Below are positions 41,706 through 51,043 of a stretch of DNA of 64,000 nucleotides, in pieces. Position 1 is the first letter of the stretch; each line of letters opens with the position of its first letter. The notes beneath the pieces are model-generated. The model saw only the letters and a program-made list of their open reading frames with translations, had not been told where the DNA came from and did no database searches. A program made the position numbers and the translations under genes. Source of the stretch: an uncultured Flavobacterium sp. Its GTDB lineage: Bacteria; Bacteroidota; Bacteroidia; Flavobacteriales; Flavobacteriaceae. The stretch is taken from assembly GCA_937773775.1 (NCBI GenBank), contig CALJVL010000019.1, positions 40,862 through 104,861 of the forward strand, in the 5' to 3' direction.

Positions 41706-43874
41706 CTATGCACTACAAATACGGTAATATGAATTTAGTTTTTTGTTATAGTCAAAATTATACATTTTTATATATCTAATAAATGAAGTTTTGGGAAGTG
41801 AACTTTCTTCAAATTTACCTGCTAACTCTTCGGAATTAGTAATCCATGCATTTACATAGACTGCCATAGGAAGGTTTGGAATAGGTGTTGGCATCCATGT
41901 TTTTCTGACATGGATAATTTCATTGTCAACATACCATCTAATCTCATGATATTCCCACTCTATCCTATAATCGTGAAAATCTTCAGAGGCATCAAAACCT
42001 AAGTCTATTAATACTGGAGTACCTCTTAATCCAAAATTATATTTCGTATTTATGATACCAGGATTATAATAAACATTTAATAATATTTTAGTTGTATCAT
42101 GTCCTAAAAATTCAATGTCAATTTCTTGCCAAGGGTCATTTCTATGCAAGAAAAAAGCAGAAACAATACCTTCTCCTTTTATAGGCTTCATTGAAATTTC
42201 AAAACTGCCATAGATATATTTTTCTATAGAAACTATTGATGAAGATGAATATTTTTTGTCTCCTTGAACACTATTAGTTATTTCTAATTGAAATCCAGAA
42301 TCTAATTCATTAGATAGACTGAAATTTTCTTTTGAAAATTGAGATTGATTTGAAGGAAAAGTGTCTTCTAAAATGCCCCAAAAATTAACATCAAATTCTT
42401 CAAAGTAATCTATTCTATTTTCAACGTGTTTAGCAATTGGTATTATTTCATTTTTATTAAAATCATATGGTAAGTATTTTTTAATGTTTTCAATAGGTAG
42501 TACCCAAGGGTTAACATCATGTTCCAAATATTTGGAATCATTAGGAATACTTATTTGTATTACTTTTTCATTTATTTCGGTATTTATTTTTAGTATATTG
42601 TCACTATCAAGATCCCAATTTTTGATTTTAAGTAACTTTGAAATCTCCTTTGTAATATTTCTTTTAGGATTAACGCAAAATATATTTTTATCGATATATA
42701 AAGAGCAGGCTTGAGGAACTGAATCAGTATCCTTTGAAAGAATAATGATTATAACATTTGGATAAAAACTTATTAATGGTGGTATCATTTCAATTAATGA
42801 ATTAAACCCAATATATGCATCAAATAGTAATGGTTCTTTTTTATCAATCAAGTTCATTATGTGAACTAATTCTCTATCAGCTTTCATGAAATGAGTTCGA
42901 TAACTATTTAAACTTAATAGTATTTCAAGTTTCAAAAGATTTGATTTATTAGAACTTAAATCAAACATAAAAACAGGGTTACGACCTTTCAATTTATCTA
43001 AATCAATAAATGTTTTGTTAGATTTAACACCTATTTGCGATAAAATTGGAAGTATAGAATAATTATTATCTGAGGTTATAAAAAGTTTTTGACTAATTAT
43101 TGAGTCATTACATGTATAAACATCGAGCTCGTTAAATTTATGATTAATCCATAGGTCAACAGGGCCAGTTATTGGAAGTTTTTCTTGGAGTTTTCTTGCT
43201 CCTTTATTTGATAAGATATATCCTGAGAACCACCATATACCTCTATTAGGTATGGAAAGATTATTTGAAATTTTTGTTATGTCTGGGGTGTGTTCAACTT
43301 TTTTATACGAAAGATAAATAATGTCAAATTCAATTTTAGACTCAACAATTTCTTTCCATAATGAGTTTAATTTATTTGAGAATTTATTTTCAAAATAAAT
43401 ATCATCCTCCAAAATAAGTCCGCTATGTATATTTTCATCTATAATTTTATCCCAAATAGAAAGGTGGGATAATGCGACAGCGATTTCTTGTTTTGTAAGT
43501 TCAATAATTATTTCTTTTTCTCGAATAATATTTAATAATTCTGGATTTGGATCTACAAAATATTGGTCTTCTAATGTATAAGAAGAGTTGATTTTATTTG
43601 TCTTTATTGAATGATTTTTCGCATCAATAGCTGAGAATCTTTCTGTAAAACTTAGAAGGGTGTTTTTATTCGGAATCTTAATTTTCGTCAGTTCTTCTTG
43701 AATTAATCTCCATCTTTCTTTTTGCCTGTCAAGATTGATAATAAAAACCTTATTAATTTGATTTTCACCCTCACCAAATGTGTTTAATTTTTCTTGTTTT
43801 ATTAAAAATCTTAATATTTTTTTTAACCTATATTTTAGAAATAGAAAGTTACGATTGCCAGTTATTATATTCAT
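41706..43874 (-). CDS. Glycosyltransferase family 25 - GH16 fusion protein
   Basis: N-terminal FIINLDRQKERW, ALSHLSIW, LILEDD (GT25); C-terminal WQEIDIEFLG, FHDYRIEW, IRWYVD (GH16). Confidence 0.8.
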   Translation of the reverse strand: MNIITGNRNFLFLKYRLKKILRFLIKQEKLNTFGEGENQINKVFIINLDRQKERWRLIQEELTKIKIPNKNTLLSFTERFSAIDAKNHSIKTNKINSSYTLEDQYFVDPNPELLNIIREKEIIIELTKQEIAVALSHLSIWDKIIDENIHSGLILEDDIYFENKFSNKLNSLWKEIVESKIEFDIIYLSYKKVEHTPDITKISNNLSIPNRGIWWFSGYILSNKGARKLQEKLPITGPVDLWINHKFNELDVYTCNDSIISQKLFITSDNNYSILPILSQIGVKSNKTFIDLDKLKGRNPVFMFDLSSNKSNLLKLEILLSLNSYRTHFMKADRELVHIMNLIDKKEPLLFDAYIGFNSLIEMIPPLISFYPNVIIIILSKDTDSVPQACSLYIDKNIFCVNPKRNITKEISKLLKIKNWDLDSDNILKINTEINEKVIQISIPNDSKYLEHDVNPWVLPIENIKKYLPYDFNKNEIIPIAKHVENRIDYFEEFDVNFWGILEDTFPSNQSQFSKENFSLSNELDSGFQLEITNSVQGDKKYSSSSIVSIEKYIYGSFEISMKPIKGEGIVSAFFLHRNDPWQEIDIEFLGHDTTKILLNVYYNPGIINTKYNFGLRGTPVLIDLGFDASEDFHDYRIEWEYHEIRWYVDNEIIHVRKTWMPTPIPNLPMAVYVNAWITNSEELAGKFEESSLPKTSFIRYIKMYNFDYNKKLNSYYRICSA

Positions 43875-43879
43875 ATTAA

Positions 43880-44695
43880 TTATTCCTTAAACCATTTGTT
43901 TTCATTTCCATTGTAGAGTCGCCAATTTCGATTGTCATACCGATAACTTAATGCCCAGACGCTTGTTGATATTGAATTCCAGTCGTCAATATACTCTACA
44001 TCATTCCCACCATTTATCAAATAATTAACCAAGGACGCACTAAGGTTTCCTGGCCCTGTAGTTGCTTGAATATCAAATATGTTTTCATTACTTACTAACT
44101 TATCAGTTGCTCTTTTAAGAGCAATAGCAATCAAGTGATGATTAGGAGGTGATATGATTGGATTATTATTGAAGTAATAGATATTTGTTTCGTCATATGG
44201 GCAATGTAAGAAATCTTTATTATCAACCATTTTTTCTTCTTTTAAGGAATAGCAGAGAGGTTGAATTTTAATGTTATTATTCTCAAATAGGAAATCAATT
44301 TCAGTATTTAAAATCAATTCATCTGAATCAGCATAAAATCCACCAGATACATATAAGTAACATAGTCTAAAATAATCACATCTCATTGCTGGGTGATGAC
44401 ATTTTAAATAGGAGTCTATATGTTCTTTTTTTAGATGTTTTTTTATAAAACATTTAGCAGATTCGTCATCAAAAAAATCAAACCTAAATCCTTTTTTTAT
44501 TAGGACTTTCCAACTTTCGATACATTCTAAAACATCCTTTGGTATCTCTTTTGACGAGTGCCAATATTGCATTATTACCTTAGGAATAGGAACCTTATTA
44601 GCTGTTATGATATTTTCTTTTTGTAGAAAATCATAAATGAATTTTGAACGAGCATCATCATCTTCAACTATTGACTGGGTATTTTTTTTATTCAT
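43880..44695 (-). CDS. Glycosyltransferase family 32 (DXD sugar-binding)
   Basis: IPKVIMQYW, AMRCDYFRLCYLYVSGGFYADSD, TTGPG. Confidence 0.85.
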   Translation of the reverse strand: MNKKNTQSIVEDDDARSKFIYDFLQKENIITANKVPIPKVIMQYWHSSKEIPKDVLECIESWKVLIKKGFRFDFFDDESAKCFIKKHLKKEHIDSYLKCHHPAMRCDYFRLCYLYVSGGFYADSDELILNTEIDFLFENNNIKIQPLCYSLKEEKMVDNKDFLHCPYDETNIYYFNNNPIISPPNHHLIAIALKRATDKLVSNENIFDIQATTGPGNLSASLVNYLINGGNDVEYIDDWNSISTSVWALSYRYDNRNWRLYNGNENKWFKE

Positions 44696-44794
44696 TTACA
44701 CTTATTGGTTATTACACATAATTGCATTATTTAAATAAAATCTAACTGCTAATATTTTAATTATTTTCAACTACGTCATTTAGGCACAAGTAGC

Positions 44795-44915
44795 ATATAA
44801 CGATTTGCTGCTTTGAGATAGTGTGTGGTTCGTAACCTTTCAATTTTCGGCTTTGCAGAAAATTGATGCGAAACGATAATTCCACTAAATTCCAGCTAGC
44901 TCAAAGCTGTTATGC
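44795..44915 (-). repeat. attC-like site, family A
   Basis: GCATAAC (44909-44915) to GTTATAT (44795-44801) on the minus strand; GCTTTGAG/CTCAAAGC stem; homologous to 49733-49853. Confidence 0.75.
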
Positions 44916-44931
44916 CTTCGTGCTTTTTTTT

Positions 44932-46737
44932 CTATTTATACCATTCTTTTTTTAACTCTTCAAAATTCATTTCTTTCCATTCATTTTTCCATAATTCCCA
45001 ATATGGTATATCGTTTGATGAAGGCTGTGGACTACATCTGTCTATTGTGACGATTGAAGGCAAAATTATAGATTCGCCCACTAATAATGCGTCACCTTGT
45101 TTTAACGATGTCATTTTCTCAATTAATGAACCCAAAGAATCAGGTAATAATTTTTTAACATAACTTTGATCCACAGGATTTGTTAATCTCATCGCTATAA
45201 AATTGTTACATTGTGAAAAAATTGTTTCTGAGATCTCAGATGGTCTTTGGCTCGCAAGCATTAAAGTTACTCCGTATTTTCTTCCTTCTTTAGCAATCCG
45301 TTCGATAGACTTTTTAGATGAACGATACTTCACAAGTTCACTATTTGGAACGTATTTGTGAGCTTCTTCATAGACGAGTAGAATAGGGACATCATTATTG
45401 ATTTTTTCTAATGGATTTGTAGTACATCTCAGTCGTTTATAGAAATAGCCATGTTCAAAAATTAGTCTTGAAATTAAAGAAACGGTAATACTTAAAACTT
45501 CAAAAGGAACACCACTTAAATCAATAACAGTTATGTTTGATTTACTATCTGTTTTATAGCCTAAAAGATTTTTTAAAGTTTCCTCAAATGAAATTCCTTT
45601 AGCATCAGGACCAAATAAAAATGATAGTCGGTCTTGATTGATTTTCTCTTGAAACCTAACAAAAAACTTATCTAGTGTTCCTTCAGCATAATCTCCTTTA
45701 GTTATATTTTGATTTTTTGTTGGATGAAACTGAAATTCTTTTTCAAAATATTTAGATAGTTTTTCCTCTTCACTTAATAACACACCTGTATCAACAGTTG
45801 TACTGCTATCAGTGCAAGTATATGAGCCATCAATCAGCATATATCTGTTTGATGATTTTGAATTTTTTGTTTCATTTTTTAAGTTATACAATGCATTTTG
45901 AATTTCTGTAACATCAAAAAATAAAGGTGTGTCATAAAATACTTTAACATGTCCGGGGTTATGTTTCTTTTTATTTTCTGTAACCAATTTTCTAAAAACA
46001 GAAGATTGATTGTAATTATCTCTTTCACCTGTGTCCAAAAGAATTTCTTCAAGTTCTTCACTATTTAATAACCAATATGGTAACGCCAGATTCGTAATAT
46101 CTATGAAATTAGCATTTGGGAATGCAGATTTGTATTCTGAATGAATGTCAAAAATAATTACGTGTGAATTATTCAATGAAAAACTACCATCTTTTTCCGA
46201 TACAGCTTTTTGAATAATTGACGATAGTGTATGAGATTTACCAGAACCAGTTGAACCCACAATCGCAATATGTTTGTTGAAAAACTTATTTCCATTAACG
46301 GGTACTTTTACTGTAGGATTAGATGAAAGAGAAGAGAAGGTAAAACTCTCTTTTTCCTCTATTGATTCTTCATATATTTTTTTTATTTCATCAATTGTTG
46401 CAGGAAAAACACTTTTCGGCGGAATTGCAAGAGAATCACCTCCTCTTTCAAATTTACCATTCCTTAAAACTCCGAGAGGAAATGCTTCTATAATATGTTC
46501 TCTTACGTGTTTTATATCTCCATTTTCATCTTTTACGTCTCGAATTGAAATTTGAAAATTTTCAATAATTGCAATTAAACTTGCATTTTCGCTATCTTCA
46601 ATTTTTAAATATGAACCTACTTTCAATGTTTCATCAACATTTTTAAATATTTCCAAATCCTTTACTGTTATTTTAACCTTATCAGGAAACACTGCTATTA
46701 CTTGAGCATTTGGCTCTGTTGAATTTTCTGTACTCAT
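44932..46737 (-). CDS. herA: HerA/FtsK-like ATPase of DUF4297-HerA defence system
   Basis: HAS-barrel-like N-terminus, HIAIVGSTGSGKS, DIHSEY, YEEAHKY, IAKEGRKYG, SQRPSE. Confidence 0.9.
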   Translation of the reverse strand: MSTENSTEPNAQVIAVFPDKVKITVKDLEIFKNVDETLKVGSYLKIEDSENASLIAIIENFQISIRDVKDENGDIKHVREHIIEAFPLGVLRNGKFERGGDSLAIPPKSVFPATIDEIKKIYEESIEEKESFTFSSLSSNPTVKVPVNGNKFFNKHIAIVGSTGSGKSHTLSSIIQKAVSEKDGSFSLNNSHVIIFDIHSEYKSAFPNANFIDITNLALPYWLLNSEELEEILLDTGERDNYNQSSVFRKLVTENKKKHNPGHVKVFYDTPLFFDVTEIQNALYNLKNETKNSKSSNRYMLIDGSYTCTDSSTTVDTGVLLSEEEKLSKYFEKEFQFHPTKNQNITKGDYAEGTLDKFFVRFQEKINQDRLSFLFGPDAKGISFEETLKNLLGYKTDSKSNITVIDLSGVPFEVLSITVSLISRLIFEHGYFYKRLRCTTNPLEKINNDVPILLVYEEAHKYVPNSELVKYRSSKKSIERIAKEGRKYGVTLMLASQRPSEISETIFSQCNNFIAMRLTNPVDQSYVKKLLPDSLGSLIEKMTSLKQGDALLVGESIILPSIVTIDRCSPQPSSNDIPYWELWKNEWKEMNFEELKKEWYK

Positions 46738-47966
46738 ACTATATTTTTAATAATATTTAGGTTTTCTACTTGAATTTTAACCTCTTTAACTGAACTTGAA
46801 CTATAATCAAAAAATATATTGTTCAAATAAAATTGATAAATTTCAGAACGTCTTCCAGTTATAGCTAGTGTTTCATCTAAGAAATCTATCTTATTTAGGA
46901 ATTTAAGTTTGATTGGATTAGAAAGGGCTGGTTTTTTTATTATCGATTTTGAATTAAAATTGGCTCCTTCAAAATCAAAACCATCAGAAATTATGATTTC
47001 ATCGTCTGTTAAGTCTTTTTTTAATTCTATTAATTCTAAATTATCAATTCCATGGATGTATATATAAGGGCAAAATGGAGTAGGTTGATTTATAATTTTT
47101 GCATAATTTTTAATTACTAAATTTAAGAGAGTTTTTAGATCACTTCTTGAATAGGATCTTGGATCTATTTCAAATAAGAAAAATCGTTCTTTAAATAATA
47201 TGTTCACGTTGCTAAAATATTCCTTTCTTAAATTAGAATAATGTGCTTTTTCTCCCTTTATTACCACATACCATTCATTAAATAATATTTTTGAATTATT
47301 TACACGTTTAAGAAACTCTCCTTTAGTAATGTTTCTATTTGATTGATTTGAGTCTTTTGAAATATCTCTTATAACTCTTAAAGCGCTGTTGTAAAAATAA
47401 AATTCAGATGTAAAGTCAGTACAGGTAAAGACCGTCTTAAATAGACTGATAATTTCTTTAAATTGTTTTTCAAATTCAAAAGCATGGATATCAATCTCAA
47501 GTAATCCGATGAATTCATTTAATTCGGCATCATTAAGTGTAAGCTCGTTATGATGAAGATGTTTTACTTTAGTTGGTACACTATTAATTTTTTCAGTTCG
47601 AGTATAAGTTAAAAAGTGGTCTTTAAGATTTTGTATATTTAAAGGTAATGACAATTTGGAATGACCTGATTTGTAGTAGCCTCTTAATTTGTATTTAATA
47701 GAAACTTGATTTCCTAATTTTACTTCTTTAAAATGATTTAGCATTAATCTGATTGGTTCAGCTATTACTGAGTGGTTGTATTCAGTTTTTTCATAGTACT
47801 TACATTGAATTGCTGTTGTTTCTGTAGCAGTCTTAATATCAATATCTTCTATCCCTTCAACTAAAATAGATTCGCTGTCATTTGATAGATTTAATAAAGA
47901 AAAAATTGAATAATCAAATTGATAAAAGTATCCTCGAATTGTGTCAATTGCTGTTCTGTCTGCCAT
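46734..47966 (-). CDS. DUF4297-family nuclease (anti-phage partner of HerA)
   Basis: IRGYFYQFD...EGIEDIDI...IQCKY PD-(D/E)xK-type motif; 4-bp overlap with herA. Confidence 0.8.
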   Translation of the reverse strand: MADRTAIDTIRGYFYQFDYSIFSLLNLSNDSESILVEGIEDIDIKTATETTAIQCKYYEKTEYNHSVIAEPIRLMLNHFKEVKLGNQVSIKYKLRGYYKSGHSKLSLPLNIQNLKDHFLTYTRTEKINSVPTKVKHLHHNELTLNDAELNEFIGLLEIDIHAFEFEKQFKEIISLFKTVFTCTDFTSEFYFYNSALRVIRDISKDSNQSNRNITKGEFLKRVNNSKILFNEWYVVIKGEKAHYSNLRKEYFSNVNILFKERFFLFEIDPRSYSRSDLKTLLNLVIKNYAKIINQPTPFCPYIYIHGIDNLELIELKKDLTDDEIIISDGFDFEGANFNSKSIIKKPALSNPIKLKFLNKIDFLDETLAITGRRSEIYQFYLNNIFFDYSSSSVKEVKIQVENLNIIKNIV

Positions 47967-48012
47967 TTTATTTTATCGTGTTTGTTGTCATTCGTAGCAT
48001 GAGGCATAACGT

Positions 48013-49732
48013 CAGTCTGTGAAAAAACCGTCGTTATGTTCTTTCAAATATAATGTATATTTCGAATATTAAAGCAAGAAAAGTTGTATATTTAATGATG
48101 CAACACATCACAGGAACTCCTCGCAATCAGCTATTTTTTTCTAGTTTAGAAGACACTATTTTACCGGAAAACCCCGTTCGTTTTATCGATGCTTTTGTCG
48201 AAGCATTGTCATTACAAACTTTAGGTTTTTCTGTTCAAACCATTAAAGGGGAAGGTCGCCCTAGCTTTGATACTAAAATCTTTCTTAAAATCTATTTGTA
48301 TGGTTATCTAAATGGGCTGCGTAGCTCAAGAAAGCTAGAAAAGGAGTGCGCTCGCAATAACGAATTGCAATGGCTTTTATGTGCAATCATACCCAACTAC
48401 CATAGTATATCCGACTTTAGAAAACAAAATCCATTGGGATTAAAAAAACTCTTTAAACTCTTTGTTTCTTTCCTTAAAGATGCTGACCTAATTGGCTGTG
48501 AAATCATCGCTATTGACGGCACAAAAAGCAGAGCGCACAACAGTAAGAAAGCAAACTTCAACCAAAAGAAAATAGAGAGACACTTAGCGTATATTGAAGA
48601 GCGAACCCAAGAATATCTTGCCGAATTGGCTAAGAATGATCTACAGGATAATAGCATTGCAATCACAAAGATTGCAGAAAAAATAGAACGATTAAAAAAG
48701 AATAAAATACGCTACGAACTTCTAGAAGACAAACTAAAAGAGAGTGGACAACCCCAAATAAGTACCACCGATCAAGATGCGAGAGCCCTTTTAGTTCAAG
48801 GAGTAGTAGTTGAGATAAGCTATAATATCCAAGCAGCAGTGGATAATAAGCATAATTTAGTTGTGGCTACTCACACCATAAATCGGAACGATCTTAACGC
48901 CTTAGGAGCTATCGCTTTGGAAGCAAAGGAAAATTTGGGACTAGATACTTTTACTGTTTTGGTGGATAAAGGCTACCATAATGGAAGGGAAATCGCCCAA
49001 TGCATAAACCATAACATCAGCACCATTGTAGCGCATCCTACGCCAGGAACAAGCAAAGAAAGCGTTACGCAACCCGATTACTTGGTAGCCAAATTTAAAT
49101 ACGATGCAGAAAACGACAGCTATACGTGTCCCCAAGGAGAAACTTTAAAAACTACAGGAAGGTGGCATAAAAAAAGTGGGCGAACAGAGCAAAGTAGTTA
49201 TCAATTTAAAAAATACCGAACCCCAGCCTGCCGGGAATGTCTTGTAAAACATCTTTGTACTGCTAGACCAGCAGGGCGGGAAATCGATCGGAGCCAGTAC
49301 GCGCAAGCTGTTGAAGAAAACAACAAACGCTATCAGGAAAACCCACAATTATACCGAACACGACAAGAGATAAACGAACATATATTCGGTACTATAAAAA
49401 GACAATGGGGTTATAATCACACTAATTTAACGGGACTAGAAAAAGTAAACGGAGAACACAGCTTAATTATGCTGGTTTATAACATCAAACGCAGTATCAA
49501 TATACTGGGCGTTCCTGATCTGATTGCCAAACTCAAAAAATGGAACACACCTTACAGAGTACAAGTCTTGCTTTTGCTAAAAACGGAGTATTTAAAGCGA
49601 ACTAACGCCCTTGATTATTATCTAATGAAATTAGTAGCCTAAAAAAAGAGCCTTCTTAAAAGGCTTTATTTGACTTGTAGAACAGGAAAATTGAAGCTTT
49701 TTAATGGAAAAAGGAGGTTTTTTCACAGCCTG
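48013..49732 (+). mobile_element. Complete IS1182-family element, 1720 bp
   Basis: 17-bp IRs CAGTCTGTGAAAAAACC / GGTTTTTTCACAGCCTG (1 mismatch); ACGT target duplication at 48009-48012 and 49733-49736. Confidence 0.9.
48098..49642 (+). CDS. IS1182 family transposase
   Basis: GRPSF, YGYLNGLRSSRKLEKEC, AIDGTK, TTDQDAR, VDKGY, EHIFGTIK motifs. Confidence 0.92.
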   Translation: MQHITGTPRNQLFFSSLEDTILPENPVRFIDAFVEALSLQTLGFSVQTIKGEGRPSFDTKIFLKIYLYGYLNGLRSSRKLEKECARNNELQWLLCAIIPNYHSISDFRKQNPLGLKKLFKLFVSFLKDADLIGCEIIAIDGTKSRAHNSKKANFNQKKIERHLAYIEERTQEYLAELAKNDLQDNSIAITKIAEKIERLKKNKIRYELLEDKLKESGQPQISTTDQDARALLVQGVVVEISYNIQAAVDNKHNLVVATHTINRNDLNALGAIALEAKENLGLDTFTVLVDKGYHNGREIAQCINHNISTIVAHPTPGTSKESVTQPDYLVAKFKYDAENDSYTCPQGETLKTTGRWHKKSGRTEQSSYQFKKYRTPACRECLVKHLCTARPAGREIDRSQYAQAVEENNKRYQENPQLYRTRQEINEHIFGTIKRQWGYNHTNLTGLEKVNGEHSLIMLVYNIKRSINILGVPDLIAKLKKWNTPYRVQVLLLLKTEYLKRTNALDYYLMKLVA

Positions 49733-49853
49733 ACGTTATGCTGCTTTGAGATGGCTGGAAAATCGTAACCGTTCAATTTTCGGCTTAACGTAAACTTGCT
49801 GCGAAACGGTAATTCCACTAAATTCCAGCTATATCAAAACAGCGGTTGGCAAC
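49733..49853 (-). repeat. attC-like site, family A
   Basis: TGCCAAC core (49845-49851, minus strand) after the DUF4932 stop; long imperfect stem GCTGCTTTGAGATGGCTGGAA / TTCCAGCTATATCAAAACAGC. Confidence 0.75.
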
Positions 49854-49870
49854 TGTGCTTTCATATATAT

Positions 49871-51043
49871 TTATTCAAATTTCAATTCTTTCCTAAATCT
49901 GATTTTTTCTTCAATATCTTTTCTTGTATAATTTTTAAACTGGTCTATTAATTTTGGTAAAAAATTTTCGAAATTTGGATATTTTTCTCGATTGTTTTCA
50001 TATTCCTCCAATAGTTTTTCCGCATCTGGGATTAGTATAAAACCTTTGTCAACAACATTATCTTTACGCATTTCTTCCAAGTCTTTAATGTCTAATTTTT
50101 TGGAGATCCGTATTGATGCCACTCGCACCATATGTTCATTTACAAAACCCCACCAATGTCCATAACTCTGTTTTTCCATTATTGAATCAAGTTCAGGGAC
50201 AAATAGTGAATCGGTTTGGTTTATTCTTTCTTGATATTTTTTTTGCTCAATAATTGGTGTTATAAATGAATGGCAAAATTCATGGGCAACCAAATCACGA
50301 TAATAAGCATCCGAACCTTTTCCCGAATAACCAAATTCTTTGTAATCTGTTAAATTTTCGTTCCAATGAATATCACTTGCAGGTGATATAATTTGATATA
50401 ATATTTTACCCTTTCCAGTTCCAACATTTGCACCAAAGCCCATGCCAAAAGGGGAAATGGGAATAATTATTAGATTGTAATGAGGATTAGATTGCCCAAA
50501 ATACGTTTCCATTATTGGGATTAAATTTTTGTCTAAATGTGATGTCGCTTCTACTATTGCTCCTTGATAAAATTGGTGGTATTTTTTTAAGAAGCCCTCG
50601 ACATTAGCTGTATCATAAAAGTGTTTTAAAACTTTTAGATAAGCTTTTAACTCTGGCTCGTTTTTTTTCCAATATGGATTAAGTCCATACTTTAAATTCG
50701 TTTTGGGAAGTTCATTCGAATAAAGTAATCCTTGAAGTATTAAATCACCAGTCATAGATGTCTCCGCTAAGATTTCTTGTGTATTTTTAACGGCAACATC
50801 ATTTTTGAAATTTTTAAAATATTCCCTTGCTGCATAAATCAATGGTTTTGCTTTGTAGTCAGCTTTTCTATATTTAAATAATGGGTCGCTATCGGATAAT
50901 GACCTTAATATCATAAAAGTCTCTATTGTTTTATTAGTAACGACTTCTATTTCTTTCTGTTCTACATTATTTCTTTCTGTTTTTTTGTTTTGACCATAAG
51001 AAAGAAGTGAAAAAGTAAATAATAAAAAATATAATTTGTTCAT
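49871..51043 (-). CDS. Secreted DUF4932-like protein, possible Zn metallopeptidase
   Basis: Signal peptide, VAHEFCHSF (HExxH), VNEHMVR. Confidence 0.7.
   Translation of the reverse strand: MNKLYFLLFTFSLLSYGQNKKTERNNVEQKEIEVVTNKTIETFMILRSLSDSDPLFKYRKADYKAKPLIYAAREYFKNFKNDVAVKNTQEILAETSMTGDLILQGLLYSNELPKTNLKYGLNPYWKKNEPELKAYLKVLKHFYDTANVEGFLKKYHQFYQGAIVEATSHLDKNLIPIMETYFGQSNPHYNLIIIPISPFGMGFGANVGTGKGKILYQIISPASDIHWNENLTDYKEFGYSGKGSDAYYRDLVAHEFCHSFITPIIEQKKYQERINQTDSLFVPELDSIMEKQSYGHWWGFVNEHMVRVASIRISKKLDIKDLEEMRKDNVVDKGFILIPDAEKLLEEYENNREKYPNFENFLPKLIDQFKNYTRKDIEEKIRFRKELKFE

Noticed and set aside
39410..49853. Repeats as a CRISPR array
   Set aside because: Repeats are ~120 bp, divergent and separated by whole genes; no cas genes in the window
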